Assembly: GCA_021776825.1 (NCBI GenBank)
Contig: JAJFFG010000103.1
Coordinates: forward strand, 11,145 to 75,144
Direction of reading: 5' to 3'
DNA length: 64,000 nucleotides
From: Planctomycetota bacterium
Lineage (GTDB): Bacteria; Planctomycetota; JAJSAM01; JAJVHW01
The first letter of the stretch is position 1. Every line of letters begins with the position of its first letter. The translations under genes were made by a program, and so were the position numbers. Below are positions 38,695-47,923 of the stretch, piece by piece. Below the pieces are notes generated by a model. The model was not told the DNA's origin. It saw nothing but the letters and a program-made list of their open reading frames with translations, and did not search any database.

Positions 38695-38905
38695 CGGTCT
38701 CCGCTAGGCCGCCCCGAACAGGGGGGCGACGTCGACGTGACGCAGGGCGTTCAGCAGGTTGACCGTGCCAACGATGGGCACGAGCCAGACGAGACCGATC
38801 GCACCGCGCCACTGCCCGTGTAGCGCCCCGGAACGACATCTCGGGAGTCGCGAGTTCTCACGAGCGGGCGGCCAGCGGTGGGTCAGAGAGTCTCAGAATC
38901 AAAGA

Positions 38906-38941
38906 GACCGGGCCCGACTCGCTATGAGTCAGGCCCGGTCC
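38906..38941 (-). terminator. Stem-loop (9-bp perfect stem GACCGGGCC/GGCCCGGTC, 18-nt loop containing a nested GACTC..GAGTC palindrome) about 50 bp downstream of the RRM gene stop. Candidate intrinsic terminator.
   Basis: Read directly. It sits between convergent genes. Confidence 0.45.
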
Positions 38942-38991
38942 GAGTCACGGGGTCGGTCCTCGAGAGGTCGACACCCGCCAGGGGCTTGCTG

Positions 38992-39321
38992 CTACCAGCG
39001 GCCGCCGCCGCCGCCGCCACCGCCGCCGCGGTAGCCACCGCCGCCGCCGCCGCCACCACCGCCGTCACGGCGGGGCTTGTTCTCGGCCTCGTTGACGCGC
39101 AGAGCACGCCCGTCGAGGTCGCGGCCGTCCATCTCAGCGATGGCCTTGGCGCAGTCGTCGGCGTTCTCGAAGGTCACGAACCCGAAGCCACGGCTCCGGC
39201 CGGTCTCACGATCGGTGATCACCTTGGCCTCGGTGATGCGACCGCAGGTCTCGAAAAAGGCCTGCAGGCCCTCACTCGTGGTCGCCCAGGCGAGTCCCCC
39301 GACGAAGATCTTGTTACCCAT
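38992..39321 (-). CDS. rbpA: Glycine-rich RNA-binding protein with a single RRM domain
   Basis: MGNKIFVGGLAW (RNP-2) ... RGFGFVTF (RNP-1). The C-terminal RDGGGGGGGGGYRGGGGGGGGGRW tail is encoded by a GCC/GGN tract. Confidence 0.9.
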   Translation of the reverse strand: MGNKIFVGGLAWATTSEGLQAFFETCGRITEAKVITDRETGRSRGFGFVTFENADDCAKAIAEMDGRDLDGRALRVNEAENKPRRDGGGGGGGGGGYRGGGGGGGGGRW

Positions 39322-39536
39322 CAGCTCATCTCACTTCTACCGGCACATAGGTCAGACATCGAGCGGCTCTGGCACCGGCAGCGTGTGCGCCGCCCATTTT
39401 TGACGTGCGCACTCAGGACGAACGATGCCCCCCGAGAGGTCGGGGGGGCTCGCCAGCGTACGCATGCCAGCCCGGAAAATCACAAGCAATCGCGAGCGGA
39501 ACCTGAGGCTAACTTGCCCGAAGGGCCGGCAAGCCG

Positions 39537-40046
39537 TCAGTCGCGAGGGGACCGATAGCGCCAGGTCGTGCCGCGGACGTCGAAGTCCAGGCTCGTCGCG
39601 CACTCGATGTCGTCGAAGCGGATCGAGACGGCGACGGGGTCCGACCCGAGCCCGCTGAGGTGCGCCAGATCGGTGCGCGGGGACCGCACGCGCACGGCTC
39701 CGGTCTGGGTGTCGACCCGGATCAGGAAGCGACGGAACTTCGCTCGGTAGATCCCGCGACCGCGCTCCTTGAAGAGCTTCCCGTACGAGTTCTTGGCGAC
39801 GAAGAACGCCGTCTGATCGCCGATGCGGACTTCGACCTCGGAGGCCGGCACGTCGAGCGCGGCGAGCTCAGCCGATGGCGGGAGGTTGGCGCGGACGTCG
39901 AAGAGGTTCGAGTCGGGACGCTGGTTCGAGGCGCGCCGCAGCCTCAGCGTCGCGCGAGTGACGTCGAGAGCTTCGGCCTCGCCGGCGACCGCCGGCAGGC
40001 AGAGCAGCGCCACCAGCGCCAACGACAACATGCGGATGAACGACAT
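39537..40046 (-). CDS. Secreted hypothetical protein. Start proposed at MSFIRMLSLALVALLCLPAVAG.
   Basis: Signal peptide; high GC3. The 5' extension in the track ORF lacks coding character. Confidence 0.5.
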   Translation of the reverse strand: MSFIRMLSLALVALLCLPAVAGEAEALDVTRATLRLRRASNQRPDSNLFDVRANLPPSAELAALDVPASEVEVRIGDQTAFFVAKNSYGKLFKERGRGIYRAKFRRFLIRVDTQTGAVRVRSPRTDLAHLSGLGSDPVAVSIRFDDIECATSLDFDVRGTTWRYRSPRD

Positions 40047-40318
40047 CGGACCTCCCAGCGCTCCGCCGCACAACCGGCTGCGCCAGAAGGCGAGACCGAG
40101 AGATGCGACAGGTGCCCAGCCGCTGCGACCGGTCGGGCTTCCCGTGATCAGTTTAGACGGGAGCGTCCGAGCGGCTACCGGCGGCGTCACGGGTCCGTCG
40201 CCGAGCAGCCGCAGTCGGAGGCAGGGCACGAATTGGGCCGCCTCCCGATCGTTCCGGGCTCTGCCACGAGCCTCCGGTCACAATCGAGGAGTCATCTCAT
40301 GGGGGACAAGCGCACGCA

Positions 40319-43018
40319 GTGAAGGGTCTCGAACGCACTCTCGGTCTGCACCACGTCGTGGCGATCAGCCTGGGAGCGATGCTCGGTAGCGGTGTGTTCG
40401 TGCTGCCCGGACTCGCGGCCGCGAAGACGGGCCCGTCAGTCTGGCTCGCGTACGTGCTCGCCGGTGTCTGCGTCCTGCCGGCAGCGCTCGCCAAGGCCGA
40501 GATGGCCACCGCGATGCCGACATCGGGCGGCACGTACGTGTACGTCGATCGCGCGTTCGGGCCTCTCGCGGGCACCGTCAGCGGTCTCGGGCTGTGGCTG
40601 TCGTTGCTCCTGAAGAGCTCGTTCGCGCTCGTCGGGTTCGGGGCGTATCTCGGCGCCCTGGGCATCGAGCAGTACGTGCCGCTCAAACCGACGGCGATCG
40701 CCATCCTCGCGGCGATCGTCGCGCTCAACGTCGCCGGCGTGAAGAAGGTCGGCAAGGTGATGCTCTGGATCGTGGCCTTCGCGATCATCGGCCTCGTGGC
40801 ACTCGGCGTCAGTTGCCACGTCATCGGCACCCCGGTCGAGCAGGGCCCGTTCCTCTCGGATGGGATGGGCGGGCTGCTGGGCGCCGCCGCCTTCGTGTTC
40901 GTCTCGTATGCGGGCGTCACGAAGGTCGCCGCGATCGCCGAAGAAGTGCGCAATCCGGGGCGCAACCTGCCGGCGGGCATGATCATCTCGCTCGTCATCG
41001 CAGGCGTCCTCTACGCCACCGTGATCATCGGTCTGGTGAAGTTCGTCCCGCAGGCCGAGCTCGTCAGCGATCTGCGGCCGATCCACACGCTCGCCGCCAC
41101 CATCGGCGGGAAGTGGGTCGGCCTGATCTTCGCAGTCCTCGGCGTCGTCACGATGCTGTCGATGGCGAACGCCGGAGTGCTCGCGGCGTCCCGCTTCCCG
41201 TTCGCGATGGCGCGCGAGCAGCTCTTGCCGTCGACGCTCTCCCGCGTCAGCGAGCGCTTCGGCACTCCGACGGTGGCGATCCTGGCGACCGCGGTCCCGA
41301 TGGGCTTCGCGATCTGGTACCTGGAGGTCGCGTCGATCGCGAAGCTCGCGAGCCTGTTCAAGATCCTGATCTTCGCGGTCGTGAACGTCGCGCTCATCGT
41401 GTTCCGCGAGGGCGGCTCGACCTGGTATCGGCCGACGTTCCGCTCGCCGTTGTACCCCGTCATGCCGGTGTTCGGCGTGCTGGCGAGCGTGACGCTGCTC
41501 GTCTTCACGGGGATCGCTTCCGTGTGGGCCACGGTGGCGATCATCGCAGCCGGAGTCGTGCTCTACGCCGCGGTCGGACGACGTAGCGCCGACCGGCTCG
41601 GCGTCCTCGAGAAGCTCTCACCGCGCAAGCGGATCGTCGAGGACGCCGCCGACGAGGAGCACGGCCACGACCGGGCCGCCGTCGCCGTTGCGCTGATGGG
41701 CTGGGAGCGATCCCCGGAGGCGCTGGTCGAGGTCGGCGCCGCCCTCGCGGACGGTCGCGAGCTGGAGGTCATTCGATTGCGTGAGGTGCCGGCGCAGATG
41801 CCGGTTTCGGGTGCCGATCGCAATGCCGCCGTCGTCCGCTCGCTCCGACGCCGCATCTCCGCCATGGCGGAGGAACGCCAACTCGACCTGCACTTCGACT
41901 CCGTCGTCACCCACGACCTGGTTCAGACCGCTCACGAGGTCACGACGCGGTTCGCGTGCGAGTGGCTCGTCATCGCGTGGCGCGGTCGTCGCGCGCGGTA
42001 CCGCTTCCTGTTCACGAGTCCGCTCGGCTGGCTGGTCAACCATCTCGACAGCAACCTCGCGCTCTTCCGTGACGCCGGAGTGCGCTACATCCGGAAGATC
42101 CTCGTGTACGCGGAGCCCGGTCCGGACGACGCCCTCGTGGTCAGCACAGCGGATCATCTGGCAGAGCTCCACGACGCGACGCTGACGTTCGTGCGATACC
42201 TCTCCCCCAACGCCAGCGACGAGGAGCGCCGAAGCCGCGAGAGCTACCTCGAGCAGATCGGCGGGATCTGCACCCGCCCGTACGAGACCCAGATCGTAAG
42301 CGGGGCGCGTCGCGTCCGTGCACTCGTCGACGTGACGTCGTCGTTCGACCTGATGGTGACGGGTGCACCGTCGTGGAACTCAGTGATGGAGCAGTTCCGT
42401 GGCACAGACAAGGAGCGCATCATCGAGAGTGCCGAGTGCTCGGTGCTGATGCTGAAGACTCCGCCAGGCAGCACGCACGCCATGCCGATCGAACCACTCG
42501 CAGAGGGATCCCCGGCGGCCACGCCCTTCGACCTGATGGACCTGCTGCGCGACACGTGCGTCGGTGCACGCGCCCAAGTGTCCGACAAGTCCGCGCTGTT
42601 CGAACTCCTCGCGGAGCGGCTCGACACCGCGACCGGCAACGACGATCGCCGCGCCATCCTCGCCGCGCTGTGGGAGCGCGAGCGCACGCAGCACACCGGC
42701 ATCGGCGAGGGACTGGCGTTCCCCCACTGCACGCTGTCGGGTCTCGATCAGACGTACGTCGGCGTGTTCACGCTCGCGCAGCCGATCGACTACGGGCGGC
42801 CGGACGGTGAGACCGTCGACGTGGTCTTTGCGTCGTTAGGGCCGCCGGGCGATCGCCAGACGCATCTGCAGGTGCTCGCCGAACTCTCGACGCTCGTCGT
42901 TCGTACGGCGCTGCTCGACGAGCTTCGCGGCGCACGCAACGGCGCGGACATTCGTGCGGTCATCGCGGAGGACCTCGCCGCGGTGCACCGAGACGACCCG
43001 GGGATCAGCGCTCTGTGA
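40319..43018 (+). CDS. APC-family amino acid permease fused to two Usp-like domains and a C-terminal PTS EIIA type-2 (EIIA-Ntr-like) domain
   Basis: N-terminal 12-TM APC fold (...VVAISLGAMLGSGVFVLPG...). The C-terminal ...HTGIGEGLAFPHCTLSG... matches the EIIA-2 phosphorylation-site context (GIAIPH). The intervening ~300 aa has Usp-like tandem segments. Confidence 0.7.
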   Translation: MKGLERTLGLHHVVAISLGAMLGSGVFVLPGLAAAKTGPSVWLAYVLAGVCVLPAALAKAEMATAMPTSGGTYVYVDRAFGPLAGTVSGLGLWLSLLLKSSFALVGFGAYLGALGIEQYVPLKPTAIAILAAIVALNVAGVKKVGKVMLWIVAFAIIGLVALGVSCHVIGTPVEQGPFLSDGMGGLLGAAAFVFVSYAGVTKVAAIAEEVRNPGRNLPAGMIISLVIAGVLYATVIIGLVKFVPQAELVSDLRPIHTLAATIGGKWVGLIFAVLGVVTMLSMANAGVLAASRFPFAMAREQLLPSTLSRVSERFGTPTVAILATAVPMGFAIWYLEVASIAKLASLFKILIFAVVNVALIVFREGGSTWYRPTFRSPLYPVMPVFGVLASVTLLVFTGIASVWATVAIIAAGVVLYAAVGRRSADRLGVLEKLSPRKRIVEDAADEEHGHDRAAVAVALMGWERSPEALVEVGAALADGRELEVIRLREVPAQMPVSGADRNAAVVRSLRRRISAMAEERQLDLHFDSVVTHDLVQTAHEVTTRFACEWLVIAWRGRRARYRFLFTSPLGWLVNHLDSNLALFRDAGVRYIRKILVYAEPGPDDALVVSTADHLAELHDATLTFVRYLSPNASDEERRSRESYLEQIGGICTRPYETQIVSGARRVRALVDVTSSFDLMVTGAPSWNSVMEQFRGTDKERIIESAECSVLMLKTPPGSTHAMPIEPLAEGSPAATPFDLMDLLRDTCVGARAQVSDKSALFELLAERLDTATGNDDRRAILAALWERERTQHTGIGEGLAFPHCTLSGLDQTYVGVFTLAQPIDYGRPDGETVDVVFASLGPPGDRQTHLQVLAELSTLVVRTALLDELRGARNGADIRAVIAEDLAAVHRDDPGISAL

Positions 43019-45608
43019 GCGGGATCGTGACCTCTGCGATCTCCCCGACGCGCACTTCGACCGTGCGCACGACCGGGTCGACGCCCTTGTCCTTCGCCTC
43101 GAGCTCATAGCGGCCCGGGGGCAACGGCGGGACGATCCACGTCGGGTGTCCGCAGCGCACGAGGTGCGTACCGGAGCGCTCGATCTGGGGCGAGCGGAAG
43201 CTCGCCGGGACCACGTTGCCCTCGGCGTCGCGGACCGTCACGACGCACGTCCCGGACGGGCGATCGTGACGGTCGACCACCAGTCGGACGTGACCGCCAG
43301 GACGCGCCGTCGCCGACGACTCGACGACCTCGTCGGCCAGGAGGTGCACCGAGAGCGTCTCCTGCCGGTACGGCGAGCGCGGGTCGAGCCACGGACCGCC
43401 GGGGCGCAGCGTCACGTCGTAGAGACCCGCTGGAACCGGAGGTGTCTCGAAGCGACCGTCCTCGCCGGCGACGAGGTCGAAGCGCAGCTCCTTCTCGTGC
43501 AACCGGCTGCTCGGGTCGGCTGCTTTGAGTCGCACGCCCACGGCCGTGAGTGGCGTGTCGCCCTCGGTGCTGAGCGTGAGTCCCCAGCGCGCGGATCGCG
43601 CGAGCGGCTCGAGCGGGATCGTCAGGGACTCCGTCTCGTCGACCGGCGGGCCGATCAACTCGTGTGTCGCGACCGCGTAGCCGCTGGCGCGCACCGTCAC
43701 GACGTAAGGCATCCCAGGAGTCGGGAGCACGACCGCTGTGCCGTCGTCATTCGTCGTGAGCTTGCGCTGGTCGCCGCCCTCGGCGACGACGTCGATCTTC
43801 GCCCCCGCGACCGGCACGCCCGTGCTGTGGACCGCGAACCGCACGACGCCGCCCTCCCATCGCAGATCGAGCGGATCGCTCGGCAGTTCGATCGTCTGCG
43901 CGGTGGAGCGGATCAGACCGCCCGTGCCGTCCGACGTCCCGATCAGGATGCCGACGGGCACGGCCCTCAGTCCGCGTAACTCGAATGCCCCGTCGGCGTC
44001 GAGTTCGACCAACGCGTTCGCGCGGACGGCACCCTCGCGCGTCGGCCGCACGAGCCAATCCGACGGCGCTTGGACGGGCGGCACACCCTTGCGACGGAGC
44101 ATGAGCAGCGACGCGCGCGTGGCGTCGTAGCCCGGAGGCATGTGGATCGTGCCGGCCAGGGTGTGCCCGTTCGTGAGCGTGATCTCGAGCTCCGAGTCAC
44201 TGCCGCCCTCGGGCGCGGTCACGCGCCGCATCTCGGGCACGCGGTCCGCGTGCTCGAACACGAACCAGTGGACGACGCCGGGCCGCAACCGGAGCCGGAA
44301 GCGCCCGTCCGCATCGGTCGTGCACTCGTCCGACGGGAAGACGGTGGGGCGCTTCCCCACCACGGGATACGCCGCGGACGCCGCGCCCTCGATGGCTCTT
44401 CCATCCTCATCCACCAGACGACCACTGAGCGTGCCGGCGAGAACCAGCTCGACAGGGGGACCGGTGAGTTCGCTCGATCCGTTGACCGGCGCCTGCGGCA
44501 GAACGACCTGGCTCGTGAGCGGCACGTAGCGCGGGTCGTCGGTCGTGATCTCCAACTCGATCGCGTCCGCGACCGCGTGCTCGGCGCCATCGACCACGAC
44601 GGAGTAGCCCGACGCGGTCGCCACACCTCCGACGAACCGATCGGCGTCCGGATCGAGCGCGATCGACAGGAGGCGGCAGCGCAGTGCCACGTCGTCGTCA
44701 GCGGCGAGGACGGTCCCGCTCAACGGACCGCGAATGGTCAGGCGGGGCGGAGGTGGCGGCTCGGGTTCAGGCTCCGGTACAGGATCCAGCTGCGGAGCGA
44801 CAGGAGGCTCGACGACGTCGACGCGGGTGTCCGCCCGAGTGTCAGGACGGCTGAGCCCGGACGACGAGTCCGGCACGCCCGGCGTCGCTCCGGCAACCAC
44901 GTAACCGCCCTCGAAGTGCACGTCTGCGACGTCGCGAGCCTCCACATCTCCGCGACCCGACCACCACCACATGCCGACTCCGACGGCGCAGAGCATGGCA
45001 CCGGTCGCTGCGAGGCGTCCTGCGCGCCACGCGAACACCGGCGGTGCCGGTGGTCCTGCAGCGCCGAACGCGAGCAGGGCCATCGCCGGACGCCACTCGC
45101 GGCCCTCGTCACGCGATCGGCCGTCGAGGATCTCCCGCATCCGCGCCAGACCTCGGAACGCGCGACTGCGCACGGTGCCCTCGGGGATGCCGAGCCGCTC
45201 GGCGATCTGCGACGGACTCAGGTCGTCCATGTAGCGCAGCACCAGCACGTCACGTTGTTCGTCAGGGAGTGTGAGCACGAGTTCAGCCACGACGCGCGTC
45301 TGCTCGGCGCGCCCGACCGAGTCCGCGACGTCCTGCGACGTCGCGCGAGCGACGTCGGGCAGTTCCTCAGACTTCCGTCGCGACTCGTACCGATACATCT
45401 CGATCGCGCGATTGCGGATCACCCGCGAGAGCCACGATCGGACGCTGCGGCGGTCGTCGGGCGGACGTCGCAACGCGGCGACCCACGCATCCTGCGCAAG
45501 ATCCTCGGCGCGTTGCGGATCGGACACGAGTGACCGCGCGAGCCGCCGCGCCCATGCGGCGTGCTGCAGCATCTCCTCGATCGGGACGGGACCACCTAGT
45601 TCGCTCAT
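43005..45608 (-). CDS. ECF sigma factor (sigma-70 regions 2 and 4) fused in one ORF to a TM helix and an extracytoplasmic region of about 650 aa with CarbopepD_reg-like repeats
   Basis: Region 2: ...AEDLAQDAWVAALRR...WLSRVIRNRAIEMYRYESRR. Region 4: ...LPDEQRDVLVLRYMDDLSPSQIAERLGIPEGTVRSRAFRGLARMREIL. TM: AMALLAFGAAGPP...LCAVGVGMWWW. No stop or frameshift between the parts. Confidence 0.7.
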   Translation of the reverse strand: MSELGGPVPIEEMLQHAAWARRLARSLVSDPQRAEDLAQDAWVAALRRPPDDRRSVRSWLSRVIRNRAIEMYRYESRRKSEELPDVARATSQDVADSVGRAEQTRVVAELVLTLPDEQRDVLVLRYMDDLSPSQIAERLGIPEGTVRSRAFRGLARMREILDGRSRDEGREWRPAMALLAFGAAGPPAPPVFAWRAGRLAATGAMLCAVGVGMWWWSGRGDVEARDVADVHFEGGYVVAGATPGVPDSSSGLSRPDTRADTRVDVVEPPVAPQLDPVPEPEPEPPPPPRLTIRGPLSGTVLAADDDVALRCRLLSIALDPDADRFVGGVATASGYSVVVDGAEHAVADAIELEITTDDPRYVPLTSQVVLPQAPVNGSSELTGPPVELVLAGTLSGRLVDEDGRAIEGAASAAYPVVGKRPTVFPSDECTTDADGRFRLRLRPGVVHWFVFEHADRVPEMRRVTAPEGGSDSELEITLTNGHTLAGTIHMPPGYDATRASLLMLRRKGVPPVQAPSDWLVRPTREGAVRANALVELDADGAFELRGLRAVPVGILIGTSDGTGGLIRSTAQTIELPSDPLDLRWEGGVVRFAVHSTGVPVAGAKIDVVAEGGDQRKLTTNDDGTAVVLPTPGMPYVVTVRASGYAVATHELIGPPVDETESLTIPLEPLARSARWGLTLSTEGDTPLTAVGVRLKAADPSSRLHEKELRFDLVAGEDGRFETPPVPAGLYDVTLRPGGPWLDPRSPYRQETLSVHLLADEVVESSATARPGGHVRLVVDRHDRPSGTCVVTVRDAEGNVVPASFRSPQIERSGTHLVRCGHPTWIVPPLPPGRYELEAKDKGVDPVVRTVEVRVGEIAEVTIPLTER

Positions 45609-45784
45609 CTCACCTCAGGGAACAGGACGCCCGAACGAGTGGATCCGATCCCGAGAACTGCGCCCAGATTCGCAACGTCGCTCCCTCAGGCTCGTGGCGC
45701 ACTCGGATCTCGGCAGCGCGGGCACGCGCAGCCGGGAGTGACTGAAGTCACGCCCCGAGTGCGCATGTGGCGTGACCCCGTTGT

Positions 45785-47923
45785 GTGGCCCGCGGACCGG
45801 CGTCGTCGGAGTGGACACTGCTCCTCATGGCGCCCGATCCGCCTCCCGCTGCCCCGCGTACGAAGACCCACGACATCGCCGTCGCCGGGTGGCGCTCGAG
45901 GAACGCCGCGTTCGTGACGGCCGTCATCACCGTCGAGGCGCTGACCGGACTGTGGATCTACCTGCTGCCGTTCTCGGTCACCGGGCAGATCCAGGTGCTG
46001 CTGCACGTGGTGCTCGGGCTCGTGTTCGCCGTGCCCTACGTCGTCTACCAGTGGCGCCATCTCTCTGACTGGGCGCGACAGACTCCGACGGCGGCGATGG
46101 TCCTGGGGTACGTGCTCGGTGCGGCGGTCGCCACCTGCGTGGTCACGGGTCTCGTGCTCGCGTGGCAGTCGGCGCTCGGACCGCGGATCGGCGAGACCTG
46201 GGACCTGGTGCACACGGTCTCGGGACTGGCCGTGACGGTGCTGCTCCCGTTCCATCTCGTGCTGGTCTTCCTGCGCCGACGCGCGGGCGGGCGGGCCCCG
46301 GCGGATATCCGGCTCGCGCAGCGAACGTTCGCGCGGCGAGCCGGCATCGTCGTCGGTGCCTCCACGCTCGCCGTCGTCGCCGGTGCGCTGCTACTCCCCG
46401 AACGCGACTACACGTCGGCTCCGCCGGAGGGGTACTCACTACCGGCAAGCACTCAGGGGTATGCCGAGTACGCGGGGAACCCGTTCGCTCCCAGTAACGC
46501 CACCACCGACCACCGCACGCTGATCGAGTCCGAACTGCTCGCGGGCTCTGCCTACTGCGGCACGTCCGGGTGTCACGAAGAGATCGTCGACGAGTGGGAG
46601 CCGAGCGCGCATCGCTTCGCGGCAGCGAACCCTCCGTTCCAGGCCGTGCAGCGGATGTTCGCGACGGATCGCGAACCGGCCGAGACGCGCTACTGCGCAG
46701 GGTGCCACGATCCGATCTCGCTGTTCGCGGGCGCGAAGGACATCGCGAACATGGACCTCGCGGCGCCCGGGATGCAGGAGGGCATCTCGTGCGTGGTGTG
46801 CCATGCGATCTCGAAGGCCGACACGCGCGGCAACGCCGACTACGTGCTCACACCGCCGCGCCGCTACCTGTTCGAGGGGTCGAGCGGTCTGGCGAAGTTC
46901 ACGTCGGACTTCCTGATCCGCGCCTACCCGTGGCAGCACCTCGAGGACTACGACCGCAACATCCTGCGCACGCCGGAGTTCTGCGCGGCGTGCCACAAGC
47001 AGTTCATCCCGGAGGCGCTGAACAACTTCGGGTTCGTCGAGGGGCAGAACCAGTACGACGAGTGGCTGAACTCGCACTGGCACAGCGACGACGCGGAGGC
47101 CGATCTCTCATGCACCGACTGCCACATGCGGCTGGTTGCGGACTCGCGCGACCCGGGCCACGGCGAGGCCGACTCACGACGCACGGCAGATGACGGCGCA
47201 CATCGGCACCACGGCTTCATCGCGACGAACTCGTTCATGCCGGCGGTGATGAAGCTCCCCCACTACGAGGAGCAGGTGCGCCTGACCGAGGAGTGGATCC
47301 GCGGAGATACGGTGTTGCCGGAGATCGCCCACCTCTGGCCGGAGGGACCGGTGGTGGCGCTCGACCTGCTCGGTCTGCCCGACACGGCACGTGCCGGTGA
47401 CGAGGTGACGTTCCGCGTGCAGGCGACCAACCGGAAGGCGGGTCACAACTTCACGACGGGTCCGCTCGACTTCGTGCGCGCCTGGGTCCACCTCGAGATC
47501 GTCGACGGCGACGGCACCACGATCACCGAGTGGGGCGGCATCGATCCGACGACGCGACGGATCACCGATACGCCTGGCCGCGAGCACACGCTCGCGACAT
47601 CGCACGACGGCGGGACCATGGTGTTCGAGAGCGTGCCCATCGACGAGGACGGGAAGGAGATCGTGCGTCACCAGCTCTGGCGCAAGGCCGGAGGGCAGGG
47701 CAAGCGCGTCGTGTTCCCCGGCTACTCGGACATCCAGACGTACGTCCTGCGCATCCCCGCCGACGCGAAGGGCCCCATCACGATCCGCGCGGCGCTGAAC
47801 TACCGTCGCTATCGACAGGAGTTCCTCGACCTCGTGGTCCCCGAGATGGAGACCGAGAGCGGAGTGCTCCAGCCCACGACGACACAGGCGAGCTGCGAGA
47901 AGCTCCTGCAGATCGCGCGGTGA
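45785..47923 (+). CDS. Membrane multiheme cytochrome: an N-terminal 4-TM cytochrome b-like domain fused to a periplasmic multiheme c domain (4 CxxCH plus 1 Cx4CH)
   Basis: TM helices carry conserved His (…LLHVVLGL…, …LVHTVSGL…, …LPFHLVLV…). Heme c motifs: CGTSGCH, CAGCH, CVVCH, CAACH, CTDCH. Confidence 0.65.
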   Translation: MARGPASSEWTLLLMAPDPPPAAPRTKTHDIAVAGWRSRNAAFVTAVITVEALTGLWIYLLPFSVTGQIQVLLHVVLGLVFAVPYVVYQWRHLSDWARQTPTAAMVLGYVLGAAVATCVVTGLVLAWQSALGPRIGETWDLVHTVSGLAVTVLLPFHLVLVFLRRRAGGRAPADIRLAQRTFARRAGIVVGASTLAVVAGALLLPERDYTSAPPEGYSLPASTQGYAEYAGNPFAPSNATTDHRTLIESELLAGSAYCGTSGCHEEIVDEWEPSAHRFAAANPPFQAVQRMFATDREPAETRYCAGCHDPISLFAGAKDIANMDLAAPGMQEGISCVVCHAISKADTRGNADYVLTPPRRYLFEGSSGLAKFTSDFLIRAYPWQHLEDYDRNILRTPEFCAACHKQFIPEALNNFGFVEGQNQYDEWLNSHWHSDDAEADLSCTDCHMRLVADSRDPGHGEADSRRTADDGAHRHHGFIATNSFMPAVMKLPHYEEQVRLTEEWIRGDTVLPEIAHLWPEGPVVALDLLGLPDTARAGDEVTFRVQATNRKAGHNFTTGPLDFVRAWVHLEIVDGDGTTITEWGGIDPTTRRITDTPGREHTLATSHDGGTMVFESVPIDEDGKEIVRHQLWRKAGGQGKRVVFPGYSDIQTYVLRIPADAKGPITIRAALNYRRYRQEFLDLVVPEMETESGVLQPTTTQASCEKLLQIAR

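Noticed and set aside
38992-39110. GCC/GGN trinucleotide tract as a non-coding microsatellite
   Set aside because: It lies inside the RRM protein gene and encodes the typical Gly-rich C-terminal tail of this protein family. It is coding low-complexity sequence, not an intergenic repeat.
47530-47919. Upstream extension of the CRTAC1/ASPIC ORF (track start 47530) overlapping the cytochrome gene
   Set aside because: It overlaps the 3' end of the multiheme cytochrome gene in another frame and has junk-like composition. A GTG at 47920 overlapping the upstream TGA gives a sensible TM/signal start (VSRRRRLTRRQKVWLSVAASVVG).
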